Position numbers and translations under genes: made by a program. The notes beneath the pieces were generated by a model. The model searched no databases and was not told where the DNA came from. It worked only from the letters and a program-made list of their open reading frames with translations. A stretch of DNA of 64,000 bases from Heptranchias perlo (lineage: Eukaryota): NCBI RefSeq assembly GCF_035084215.1, contig NC_090333.1:17360001-17424000 (forward strand), in the 5' to 3' direction. Within the stretch, counting starts at the first letter, position 1, and each line of letters begins with the position of its first letter. Shown piece by piece: positions 51,991 through 64,000 of the stretch.

Positions 51991-52559
51991 TTCTAACCCG
52001 AGAGGCAGTTGTAAATTAAGATATGTTGCTGCATTTTTATTTTAAAAAGCTGCAGAAATGGTCGTTTCATTTAATGATAAATCATCCTTGTTTTATTATT
52101 GTTAAACCGGGGTTGTCAGTATTGTTAGGATTGAGATTTGTGAATTAAAATGATAGTTTTAAATCTATTTAAACATATGCAATTGTGTTTGTTTTTCTGT
52201 GTAAAATATCAAAATAAGTTAAGTTTAAAATCAAAACCTAGAACGGTAGACGGGTTTGTTGTCAAAACATCAGGAAGTTGTCAGGAATAAGATTCATGGT
52301 AAAGTCAGAGTATCACATATGGAGAGCTTCCCCAATGGGTCAGATAGTACTGAACCTCTATTCCAGGATATAGAAATGGGGTGTGCCATAGAAAAAACTC
52401 CACTGTTCTGGCGCAGTGTATCCCAATGTTTTATTTCCCGTTTTAGTTACTTCTCCACGTGTCTCAACATTGAAAATGATGAGTCTATTGTAACTGAGGT
52501 CCCTTTCAAAGTCTCCCTGTGCCTTCTATTTCCTTCATTGTTTGCCCTCATAACTATAC

Positions 52560-53345
52560 TTCAAAAATAATTCATTGGGCTGTGAAGCACTTTGGGATAT
52601 CCTGAGTCATGATAACTCCATCCCTCACCCTAGCCACTGTCTAAGGTTGAACCAGGCCTTTCGCAACCTTGGCGTCCTATTTGGCCCTGACATGAGCTTC
52701 CAACTCCATATCCGCTCCATCACCAAGACCGCCTACTTCCACCTCTGTAATACTGCCCGTCTCCACCCCTGCCTCAGCACATCTGCTAAAACCCTCATCT
52801 ATACATTTGTTACCTCTAGACTCGACTATTCCAATGCTCTCCTGGCCAGCCTCCCATTTTGAACCCTCCATAAACTTGAGCTCATCCAAAACTCTGCTGC
52901 CCTTATCCTAACTCGTACCAAGTCCCGTTCACCCATCTTTGTTCTTCTTTGCTCACTGACCTACATTGGCTCCCGGTCCGGCAATGCCTCGATTTTAAAA
53001 TTCTCATCCTTGTTTTCAAATCCCTCCATGGCCTTGCCCCTCCCTGTCTCTGTGACCTCCTCTAGCCCAACAACCCTCCGAGATCTCTGCACTCCTCCAA
53101 TTCTGGCCTCTTGCACAACTCCAATTTTCATTGCTCCACCATCAGTTGCCTAGGCCCCAAACTCTGGAATTCTCTCCTTAAACTTCTCTACCTCTCTCTC
53201 TCCTCCTTTAAGATACTCCTTAAAATCTACCTCTTTGACCAAGCTTTTGGTTAACTGTCCTAATATCTCCATGTCAAATTTTGTTTGATAATGCTCCTGT
53301 GAAGTTTTACTATGTTAAAGGCGCTTTATAAATGCAAGTTGTTGT
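52560..53345 (+). mobile_element. L2-type LINE 3' fragment
   Basis: RNLGVLF...[13 protein letters not shown]...[13 protein letters not shown]; ATAAATGCAAGTTGTTG tail. Confidence 0.85.
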
Positions 53346-55504
53346 ATATATTAAATTCTTTTTAATTTTACCCATGTTCCTCATTTTCTTCCTCTAATAT
53401 GCAATAGTTTACATTGGCCAGAATGAGCTGCAAATATAACAAGCTTTAAATTTCTGCACAGTCTTATGCTGTCAGCCATGATCTAATTGGCAGAACAGGC
53501 TGGAGGGGCTGAATGGCCTACTCTTGTTCTTATGTTCCTATTATATTCCCAGCGATGATAAATGACAGCCTTTTAACATTTATCTCCTTTCATTGTTTGT
53601 AATATAAAAATTGGAAAAATACACAATAGTTTAGCACACAAGAGAAGCATTTACCATTAGGAGCAAAGAAACAATTGCTCTACCAAAATCAGAATGTATT
53701 ACATAATAATGTACCCTAGAAGGTGCCAGATGTTTGCTATTAACTACATCAACATGGACTACTGTTTCTGGTTAATCGAGAAGTTAAATCAATGGAGAAT
53801 ATATATGTGAGTTAATAAATTTATTGAATACCATGGTATGTCCTAGAATACATCCAGAATATGCAAACTCCATGCAATCTTTACTACATCCTAATATTTC
53901 TCCGGCATACATGATCTTGAATTGTCACAGGAAGTTAGCTGTAGGCTAGAAAGCTGTATACTATCCAGCCCCTAGTTATGATTAGCGCCCTTTGAAATAT
54001 CTAGCAGCTGCCAGAGCTCGTTATTATGTAATAAGCATTGAGCTTGGTAGTGTGATTGCCTCTTTGTTCCTAATATTAAATGATTTTCCTATATGCTAAT
54101 CTATTATATACTTTGTCTCAATTTTTACTAATACAAATAAAACTGGTGAGTAAAATATTAAAGAATTATTATCATTACAGCCTTATTCACAATTTGACAG
54201 CACGGAATAATCCTTTTGTCCCTAAGTAGATTATTGCTAATTCAAACAGAAAGCTTTTGCACACAGGCTTTAGATGAGTTTTGTAACACAAACATTATTT
54301 CAAAATGAACATTTATTTTTGCCCTTACAGTATCTGAAACAGAAACATTGTTGACATGAACTTAGGTGGTTGTTAAATTTCTGTGTTACATGTACATGTG
54401 TACTTCATTTCCCTCTTTTGACACAAGCTTCTGTGCTTTTCTTCAATGATTTGAATCCTTTCCTGAAACCAACAAAAGAGATTGTGCCCAGACAAACAGT
54501 CATGTCTAACAGTTATGTGCTGGTAATAAACAAACATTTCAGGATATTTTACTTACCTCATGACATGGATTTGGTGATTGGGCCACTTATCATATCTGAG
54601 TTTGCACTGACTCTGTCTGGCATCCTAGTGACAGCCTCCTGATAGGACAGCCCTTGGAGATTCTTATCGCTCATCTGATCTCTTGATTGGATATCACCTA
54701 TGCAGGTTCTTATTTCTGCTGCAGCTTCTTGATTGGACAGATCATGGAAATTTGTCTTGAGTGAGGGTAAAGGTTCCTTTTTGAAAATATTTTTTTCCTG
54801 TTTTCCCAATTGGGTCTCCCTCTGTCACACAGCATCCCTGGTGACTAGGTAGGTCTTTGGAACGAGGTACTAGGAGATGTCCAAGAAAAGACAACGGTGA
54901 CTCTTCTCTTTGGCTCTCCCATCCTGTGGGGAAGCAATTTTCCTCTATTCAATACTTCTCCACAGTGATTAAACTGAGAAACAGGAGGTCAGTAGTGTGG
55001 GGGATTGTGGCCACAAGACCATATCCTTTCAGGTGACACATGTTGGTTCTCCAATGGCTGTGCCACCATGCTGCAATCTTTCAGATGGGAAGCTCCTGGA
55101 GGTTCTATGTATCCCTCCTTCCTGATGGGGAAGCTCCTGAACATCCCTATCGTTCTTTTTCTCTCCTAATTGTAATTTTTGCTTTTCCTCCTCATCCCTT
55201 ATCAGGGAGTTCAAGCAGAGACAAATCTCTCCTTTGTCATAGGTTGACTTATCTCTTCCTGTTTAGGTCACTGTCACACATTACATAATGGCTAGCACTG
55301 GCAGAGACATGAAAGCCCTGCTGGCTCGGAATGGTGAATGGAACAAGCAGATTATGGACACGACAGCTGAATGCCAGAGAAGAGTTGAGAGACACTTGAC
55401 TTCAGGCAGCTTTCGACCGAGTATGGTACCAAGGAACCCTAGAAAAACTGAGGTCAATGGCAGCCAGAGACAACCTCTAGTAGCTGGAGTGTTACCTGAC
55501 ACAT

Positions 55505-58470
55505 AGGAAGATGGTTATGATTGTCGGAGGCCAATCACAACCCCAGGATGTTGCTGCAGGAGTTACTCAGGGAAACGTCCTTGGCCCAACAATCTTCAAC
55601 TGCTTCATCAATAATTTTCCCCCCATCATAAGGTCAGAAGTTGGATTGCTTGTCGATGAATCCATAGTGCTCAACTTCATTCACAAGTCCTCCCATAATG
55701 AAATAGCCAGTGCCAGCCTACAGCAAGGCTTGGATAACATCCAGGCTTGGACTGACAAAATGCAAATACTATTCACATCAATAAGTGCCAGGAAGTGCAC
55801 TTCCAATGAGCAAAAGCACAACCACTTCTCCCAACCTTCAGTGGCATCACCATCATTGTGTTCCCCACCATAACATCCTGGAGGTCACCACTGAACAGAA
55901 GCTTAACTTCATCAGCCATATCAATGCCATGGCAACAAAGGCAGGACAGAGGCTTGGTTATTTGTGATGAGTAACTCACCTCCTGACCTCTCAAAGCCTC
56001 TCCACCATCTACAAGGCCCCCAAGTCAAGAGTGTGATGGCATACTAACCATTTGCCTGGATGGGTGCAGCCATAACAATACTAAAGCTGAACATCGTCCA
56101 GGATAGAGCAGTTCACTTGATTGACTCCTCTGCCACTGGATGCAACATTCACCACTCCATCACCAACAAACCCATGGTGGCAATACATAATATTTACAAG
56201 ATGCACTACAGCAACTCACTAAGGTTACTTTGACAGCATCTCTATCCCCAATGACCCCTACCACTGAGAAAGACAGGAGCAGCGATCTTATGAGACCATC
56301 ACCTCCAACTACCCCGTGTCATTCATCATCCTGATTTGGACATATATCACTGCTATTCTTTCATCATCACTGTCAATATATTGGAGTTTCCTACCTAACA
56401 CCATTGTAGAATCATAGAAAGGTTACATCACAGAAGGAGGCCATTTGACCCATTGAGTCCACACCGGCTCTATGCAAGAGCAATCCAGCTAGTCCCACTC
56501 CCCCATCCTTTCCCCGTAGCCCTGCAATTTTTTTCCTTTCAAGTACTTATCCACTTCCCCTTTGGAGGCCATGATTGAATCTGCCTCGAGCAGTGCATTC
56601 CAGATCCTAACCACTTGCTGTGTAAAAAAGTTTTTCCTCTAAAAAAGAACCTTTGGTTCTTTTGCCAATCACATTAAATCTATGTTCTCTCTTCCTTGAC
56701 ACTCCGCCAATGGGAACAGTTTCTCTCTATCTACTCTATCTAGACACTTCATGATTTTGAATATCTCTATCAAATCTCCTCGCAACCATCTCAGTTGCAA
56801 GGAGAACAACCCCAGCTTCTCCAGTCTATCCATGTAATTTAAGTCCCCCATCCCTGGTATCATTCTAGTATATCTTTTCTGCATCCTTTCTAAGGCCTTC
56901 ACATCTTCCTGAATTGTGGTGCCCAGAACTGGACACAATACTCCAGTTGTGGCCAAACCAGTGTTTTATAAAGGTTCTTTATGTACTTTTGTACTCTATG
57001 CCTCTAATTATAAAGCCCAGGATCCCGTATGTTTTTTTAACCACTTTCTCAATCTGCCCTCCCACCTTCAACGATTTGTGCACATATACCCCCAGATCTC
57101 TCTGTTCTTGTACCCCTTTTAGAGTTGTGCCCTCTCGTTTATATTGCCTCTCCTCGTTCTTCCTACTGAAATGTATCACTTCGCATTTTTCTGCATTAAA
57201 TTTCATCTGCCACGTGTCCACCCATGCCACCAGCCTGTCTATGTCCTCTTGAAGTCTATCACTATCCTCCTCACTGTTTACTACTCTTCCAAGTTTTGTG
57301 TCATCTGCAAATTTTGAAATTGTGACCTGTACACCCAAGTTCAAGTCATTAATATATATCAAAAAGAGCAGTGGTCCCAGCACCGACCCCTGGGGAACAC
57401 CACTGTACACCTCCCTCCAGTCCAAAAAACAACCATTCACTGCTACTCTCTGTTTCCTGTCCCTTAGCCAATTCTGTATCCACGTTGCTCCTACTCCCTT
57501 TATTTCATGGGCCGCAATCTTGATGATAAGCCTACCGTGCGGCACTTTATCAAACGCCTTTTGAAAATCTATATACGCCACATCAACTGCATTGCCCTCA
57601 TCGACCCTCTCTGTTACCTCATCCAAAAACTCTATCAGGTTAGTTAAACACAATTTACCTATAATAAATCCGTGCTGGCTTTCCCTAATCATTCCACCCT
57701 CGTCCAAGTGACTGTTAATTCTGTCCTGGATTATCATTTCTAAAAGTTTCCCCACCATTGAGGTTAAACTGACTGGCCTATAGTTGCTGGATTTATCCTT
57801 ACACCCTGTTTTGAACAAGGGTGTAACATTTGCAATTCTCCAGTCCTCTGGCACCACCTCCGTATCTACGGATGTTTGGAAGATTATGGCCATTACCTCC
57901 GCAATTTTCACCCTTATTTCCCTAGAACCTAGGATGCATCCCATCCGGACCGAGTGACTTATCTACTTTCAGAACAGCTAGCTTTTCAAGTCCTCTTCTT
58001 TATCAATTTTTAGTCCATCCAGTATCTCAACTATATCTTCCTTTACTGAGACTGTGGCAGCATCTTCTTCCTTGGTAAAGACAGATGCAAAGTACTCATT
58101 TAGTACCTCAGCCATCCCCTCTGCCTCCCTGAGTAGATCTCCTTTATGGTCCCTAATTGGCCCCACCCCTCCTCTTACTACCCGTTTACTATTTATATGC
58201 CTGTAGAAGACTTTTGAATTCCCTTTTATGTTGGCTGTCAGTCTATTCTCATACTCTCTCTTTGTCCCTCTTATTTAATTTTTCCCTTCCCGTCTGAACT
58301 TTCTATATTCTGCCTGGTTTTCACTTGTGTTATCAACTCTCACTTGTGGGAGTTCTATTGTCTCAAGGACTTCAATGATTCAAGAATGCCCATCAACACG
58401 TTCTCAGGGTAACTAGGGATGGGCAATAAATGCTACCTTGCCAACATTGCCCACATCCCAAGAACAGATA
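55505..58470 (+). mobile_element. Old CR1/L2-group LINE fragment interrupted by a younger antisense CR1
   Basis: GVTQGNVLGPTIFNCFINN RT motif at 55511-55873; 3' tail resumes ~58342-58470. Confidence 0.7.
56408..58340 (-). mobile_element. CR1 LINE (RT half), few frameshifts
   Basis: ORF 56979-57944 with [26 protein letters not shown]; same family as the 39140-45322 copy. Confidence 0.92.
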
Positions 58471-58628
58471 TTTAAAAAAAGATCAAAAGGAGGGAAGAAA
58501 AATAAACTATGAGGCAGGGAAAATCAGTTGCTTAAAAAGAGCTTACTTTCCTGCATTACTACGTGGCATATTGTTTCCAATTTAATTTTTGAGCAAAATG
58601 ACAGTCATGATTCGAAATTTAAATTATA

Positions 58629-58810
58629 GGGGTAATTTTCACTTTGGTCGCGAATGGAAGACAGGCCGTTGCGGATTGGCTACCCATTATACACTTCTTC
58701 TGATTTCCCTTTCCATTGTGGAAATCTAGTGGAAATCAGGTGGTATGTATATGGGCGGCCAATCCACAACCGCCGGTTATCCGCCTGCGCTCAAATTGAA
58801 AATTACCGCC
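58629..58810. mobile_element. Harbinger-type MITE (182 bp)
   Basis: TIRs GGGGTAATTTTCA / TGAAAATTACCGCC, ATA on both flanks (58626-58628, 58811-58813), internally palindromic. Confidence 0.7.
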
Positions 58811-60279
58811 ATAGTCTTTTCTCTAATAAGCTACCATTTAAATTGCCAGATTCTCATAAACAATGCTTAGAGAAGCATAGAAACCTTATTTTAATCAAAA
58901 CTATTTGCTGCACAGTGTCTCCTTATGGTATACAAAATAGTGCCAGATGCCCTCCAGTATCTTGCCCAAGTAGCTATTATTCATGTGTGAGCCTTTGACT
59001 ATATCATCAAATTATTTGACCATGGAGACATGAACCTGAGCCATTGTTGTCTCACCCAGTATCTACAAGTACACATTTACAGCAGGGATTGCTGGATAGA
59101 AATTGGGAACAGGAACTCTGGTCAATTTCCCGTCTATAACTTGGGGTGCTAAGGTTATTTGTAGTTTACTGACAATCGCCTCAATAACAACAGCTTGCAG
59201 GTATCAGCACAGAGCAGGGATAAAACCTGGAAGCTTCCTGGTTTGTGTGGCTCAGTTACTCACTAGATAAATTTCCTGAACTGTTGGAGGATTTTTTTTC
59301 CCCTGTTGGATTCTTTGAGTCACATGCTGTTGCTTTTCCTTCAATTTTAGATCCATGTTTGTCTTACTCCTTGCCCCCGAAACACTTTTTTAAATGCTTG
59401 GATTTTCAAATGGGAAGAAGGAGGAGAAGAGCTCCAGGCTAAATTGAGGGCGAGAGGGAGAAGTGCCAGGTTGAATTAGGAGGGTTGGAGTGTCTCTGTG
59501 AAAGGGTGGGCAATTAGATGGGGTACAGTGTCTCTAAAATGGGGCCAGCGGAGGTAAAGTGCCTCTGTGAACTGGGCTGCGGGAGTGATGGTTGAGGTAA
59601 CTTCTGGGGAAGTGATAGTCTGGGGTTAGTCTGTTAAAAATCCAAATGTCACTTTGTTTTTCCTTTTTTCAGATTAAGAAGCTATCAACTGTAAAGTATG
59701 AAAGTTCTTAAAATTAACTTGAATGCATAATTTCAATGTAATAATTCAACATTTTTGGTGGAACCTGCCCCCAGACCCACCCTAGAAATGCACCAATAAA
59801 TTTGCACCATCAAGATTTGGATTTTCCCCTTCAGGCTTTCATCTATTTACACTTGTTTTTCCTCTGCTACAAGTGAAGCAATATTGGGCTATACCTGCAG
59901 CTTAGGTTACAAAACCAATGTAACTATTTCTTTTCACAAGTCATAGGCTTATATTAAGCAGGGCTGCTCTGGGGCTTTCAGCTTTTTAGGGGCTGTGTCA
60001 GCTTTTGTTCTAGATCAGCACATATGTAACAACAGAAAAGGCTGATGAAAAATTCCACGGTAAACATTAACCTATCTTTTCTCTTTCAGACGTTGACTGA
60101 TCTTTCTGTTATTTTTCAGCATTTGTTAAAAAAAAATAAAGTCGCAACTCCAAGCAACATATTACTTGTTTAAAATTTAAAATAAAAAAACACGAATTTT
60201 AGTATTAAATAATTCATTAAATGCAGCAATGGATGACAAGAGACATACTGAAGGGGAATAAATGGTACCATTTCCACCT

Positions 60280-60720
60280 CTGCTGGTTTGCTCGATTTGG
60301 GAGCTGGCAGCTGCCGTACAGAGGTCAGAGGTCGGTAACCTCATCATGGCGGAGGAGCCGCGGCGGAGCTCGAGCTGGAAACTGTCGAAGAGCCGGCGGC
60401 GGCGGCGGGAAAGTGCGGCGAGGGGGAGCTCGAGCGCGGCCGTTCCTCGGTCCGCGTCACCCGCCAGTCTCTGTTATTGGACAGGCGCTTCGAAGAGTGA
60501 AGAGACGCTGAAGAGGTGAGTGTTAATGCCCCCCGCCCCCGTACCGAGTTAAAGGAGCTGAGAGAGCCCGGTCAGAGTGCAGGAGGAGCCGGGGGTGGGG
60601 GTTCGTGCCCGCCCGCTCGCTCGCTCGGATCCCCTGGCCCATCTTGGTGGGGAGGCGGAGGCATTGAGCGGAGCTCGGGTGCTTTCACCGCGGGATGGCC
60701 TTCAGCTGCCTCGGCCCGAA
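60280..60720 (+). promoter_or_regulatory. RPAP2: CpG island at RPAP2 5' end
   Basis: High GC/CpG around the start codon. Confidence 0.7.
60346..60515 (+). CDS. RPAP2: RPAP2 first coding segment (may contain a 72-nt intron 60413-60484)
   Basis: [22 protein letters not shown]...[10 protein letters not shown], phase 2 fits next exon. Confidence 0.7.
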
Positions 60721-63359
60721 GCTCTAGATTTCCCTCCCTGAACCTCTCTTGCCTCTCTCTCTCTCCTTTTAAGACGCTCCATAACATCTGCCTCTTTGAC
60801 CAAACGTTTCATCACCTGTCCTAATATCTCCTAATGTGGCTAGGTGTCAAATTTTGTTTGATAATCGCCCCTGTGAAGCACCTTGGGTCGTTTTACTATG
60901 TTTAAGGTGCTGTATAAATGCAAGTTGTTGTTGAGAGGTGGGTGAATCGTTGGGCTGAGTCTCTTCAAACTGCTCCCAACAGGTGGTTCAAGAGTGGGAT
61001 TGGCAGAGAAGCCCAGGAGCAGGTCCCTTGGATTCTGCCAGTGGATCAACAATCGCTGGCACCTCTGCATTTATGTCCATTGGAGTTAAATATGGGGAAT
61101 TGTGAAGTAAATACACTTTTTTTTCCGAGAAAGATGCATTTCCTAATGGCAAGAGACTAGGAGCTGTGGAGGAGCAAAGGGAATTGTAGCTAGAGCATCT
61201 CCAGCAATGGTCCCTTCCTGCTTCCACACCATTAGATCCAGAATCACCCAACAACCTATCCTTGGCTCCCCTCCTCTTCCTCAACGGCATGCAACGTTGT
61301 CTGTAAACATGGGGTCAGCTTGACATCCAGCTCTCCCTCCATCATCAATCTCTACCCCTTCACTGCCTGTGTTGTCAGACTGCTTATTTGACACCCATTC
61401 TTGGATGAACCACAGTTTCTTCCAGCTAAGCGTTGGGAAGACCAAAACCATTGTCTTCGGCCCCCACCATAAATTCCACTGTCTCAAGCTGAACCAGCCT
61501 TTTACAATCTCGCTGTTGTTTTCAATCCTGAGCTAAACTTACAACCCCATATCCTTTCCATCACAAAGACTGCCTATTTCTATTCTTCCACCTCCATAAC
61601 ATCGTCTGCCTCTGCCCCTACCTCAGCTCACCTGCTGCTAAAATCCTCATGCATGTCCTTGTCACCTCGAGACTTGACTATTCCAATGTCCCTGGCCGGC
61701 GCCTCATCCTCCACCCTCCCGTGAACTTTAGTTCATCCAAAGCTCTGCTGTCGTTGCTGACCTACATTGGCTCCTGATCTGATTTATCCCCCCAACCCCA
61801 CCATGCCTCAAATTAAAAATTCTCATTGTCGTGCTTAAATTCCTTCATGTCCTCGCCTCCTGTATGAATCTCTGTAACCTGTTCCAGCTCTGCACCTGTC
61901 TGGCTGCCTCGAACTTTCCATTCTTGTATCTCTGGTCTCTTGTGCATCCCTCCTCCCTCTGCTCCACCATTGGCAGCTTTAGCACATGCCCCACGCTCTG
62001 GAAATTATTCTCAAGCCCTCAAGCTCTCCCTCCTTCTTCTCCTTTAAGATCTTTTAAAAAATCTACCCCTTTGACCAAGTTTTTGGACACCCCTTCTAAA
62101 ATCTACTTCTTTGGCTCGGTGCCCATTTCATTGATTATGCCTCTGTGAAATGCTTTGAGATGTTTTTCAATATTAATGATGTATAAATGCAAGTTGTTGA
62201 TTTTGTGTTTTGAGCACCTTGATTGGATGGCTGCCTTATAATCCACTCTTAGCCATCCACATAAGTTTTCCTTTTAATAAGAAAATAAAACAAAATTAAG
62301 AAGCAGTACTCTTCAATATAAACTATAGCTAAGGATCTGAGTTATAAAACTGAAGAGGTGATATTGAAATTACATCTGGACATGTGGCCATGTTTAGAGT
62401 ACTGTGTTCAGTATTGGTTTCTATATTACATGAAGATATAGGATTATTTGAGGGAGTCGGAGGAGGGCTATGAGGCTGATTCCGGAATTGAGGTCTGAGC
62501 TAATAGGAACGATACCCTGAGGTAAAGGAAAGTTCTTATGTGGGGCACATGATTGAAGGAGCAGAGGGCACAATTTAAAGTTCAGGGTCTCCAAAGAAAA
62601 TAGGAAGTTTAGGCAATTTTTATTTTTTTCAAAAAAGATGAGAGAATTGTGGGCCAGATTACCAGTGGAGGTGGAATAGGAAGCCAATTCAGGGTTTTAA
62701 AAGGACTGGATGAATTTCTGTTTAGGAAGGGGATACAAGGTTATTAGTTCCAGAATGACACCAAGGAAGTATGGGAGGTTTGGAAGAGTAGGGTAGATGG
62801 ACCAATGATTGTATCTCCAAAGCATTACAGTGTTGCTACTATTTCTCCACTCCACCCCCACCCCCACCCCCACCATAAATACTGTGGGGAAACTTTGGAG
62901 ATACTTAATAATTTAATCAAGGTCTCTGTTGGGATGGGAGTGTTGTCAGTGGGTTGCTGTCCAGGTGGTGGCCAAAGTGAACATTGGCAGATGTCTCGGA
63001 GCTGCTGATCCCCCACCCCACCAGTCACGACTCCTTTCCTAAATGCAGAAATGTTGGCATTGCATTGGTTACAAATCTGGCCATCCTTTGGTGAAGAATA
63101 GAGACCTACAAACACTGGAGAGGAAAAATAAAGGTGTGCACCATTCTCAGGGTAAATATCTCGGCAGAAAAAAACTTTATCCTGAAATAAGTCATTCGAC
63201 TTGTCCTAACATGATTTCCCTTTGTCTAACTGTATCATCTGTAGAAAAGCTGCATTGCAGGCGGCCCTGAGGAAGAAACGTGAATGTGAGGCAAAAGCTC
63301 TTCGTATTGTTGAACGCCTGCTTGAAATAAATGTCACAGAAGAATTTCTGTTGGACTAT
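60346..63359 (+). CDS. RPAP2: RNA polymerase II-associated protein 2 (Rtr1-like CTD phosphatase), 5' portion
   Basis: ATCATGG start at 60346, donor GAG|GTGAG at 60515, exon 63245-63359 [38 protein letters not shown] resembles human [35 protein letters not shown]; head-to-head with GLMN. Confidence 0.88.
60700..62200 (+). mobile_element. Two L2-type fragments (60700-60930, 61150-62200)
   Basis: L2 3' tail and degenerate RT segments (GTCACCTCGAGACTTGACTATTCC). Confidence 0.7.
63245..63359 (+). CDS. RPAP2: RPAP2 coding exon (115 nt)
   Basis: TGTAG acceptor, TAT|GTAAGT donor, conserved peptide. Confidence 0.92.
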
Positions 63360-63659
63360 GTAAGTGAACCATTTTTTTGGATTGTAATATCGATGATGGA
63401 GTTTTGCTTTTAACATTTCTAAAAGTGAAATGGCCCAAGAAAGTCATTCTGAATGAGCAACATCTTCCTTCAGTTCCTGTGTTGTATTTTAATAAGAAAG
63501 AAAAAAAGAAAGAAAGGTGCAACTTGTGATTATATAGTGGCTATAATATCCTCAGGGTGTCCCAAAGTACTTCACAGCCAATTAATTATTTTTGATGTGT
63601 AGTCACTGTTAAGTAGGCAAAAGTAGCCACCAGTTTTCTAAAAGTCACACAATTTAAAT

Positions 63660-64000
63660 AGAATCATAGAATGATACAGCACAGAAGGAGACCATTTGGC
63701 CCTACATGCCTGTGCTGGCTCTTTGAAAGAGCTATCCAATTAGTATTGTGTCCAATTCTGGGCATCGCACTTTATGAAGGATGTGAAGGCCTTGGAGAGG
63801 GTGCAGAAAAGATTTACTAGAATGGTTGCAGGGATGAGGGACTTCAGTTAGATGGATAGTCTGGAGAAGCCCCAGGACATTGCTGCAGGTGTTCTCAGGA
63901 CAGTGTCCTAGGCACAACCATCTTCAGCTGCTTCATCAATGACCTTCCCTCCATCGTAAGGTCAGAAATGGGGATGTTCACTGATGATTGCACAGTGTTC
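63660..64000. mobile_element. Mosaic of CR1/L2 fragments
   Basis: Antisense CR1 tail 63660-63740, sense CR1 RT piece 63742-63870, L2/CR1-group RT piece to window end. Confidence 0.7.

Overview
This is eukaryotic vertebrate DNA, most likely from a cartilaginous fish (shark-like CR1/L2/Penelope/Harbinger/LF-SINE repeats). It carries the conserved syntenic block BTBD8(KIAA1107/APache; 3' part, +) - SPO16/C1orf146 (complete, 5 coding exons, 169 aa, +) - GLMN (complete, 18 coding exons, 604 aa, -) - RPAP2 (5' part, +). Exon chains were reconstructed by hand with GT-AG junctions and consistent phases; gene names rest on recalled human protein sequences and synteny, not a database search. Introns and spacers are full of retroelements and DNA transposons, several nested. 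Most notable: (1) a 7 x 49-bp CRE/TATA-like/Kozak-ATG minisatellite whose last unit supplies the SPO16 start codon; (2) a TSD-flanked, perfect 94-bp-arm palindrome of Penelope type carrying a minimal type I hammerhead ribozyme motif on both strands; (3) a 3.3-kb Harbinger element inside a CR1 inside a GLMN intron, with a deleted transposase but a potentially expressible spliced Myb/SANT gene; (4) GLMN and RPAP2 on separate CpG islands about 8.5 kb apart rather than one shared promoter. No rRNA, tRNA gene or CRISPR array is supported.
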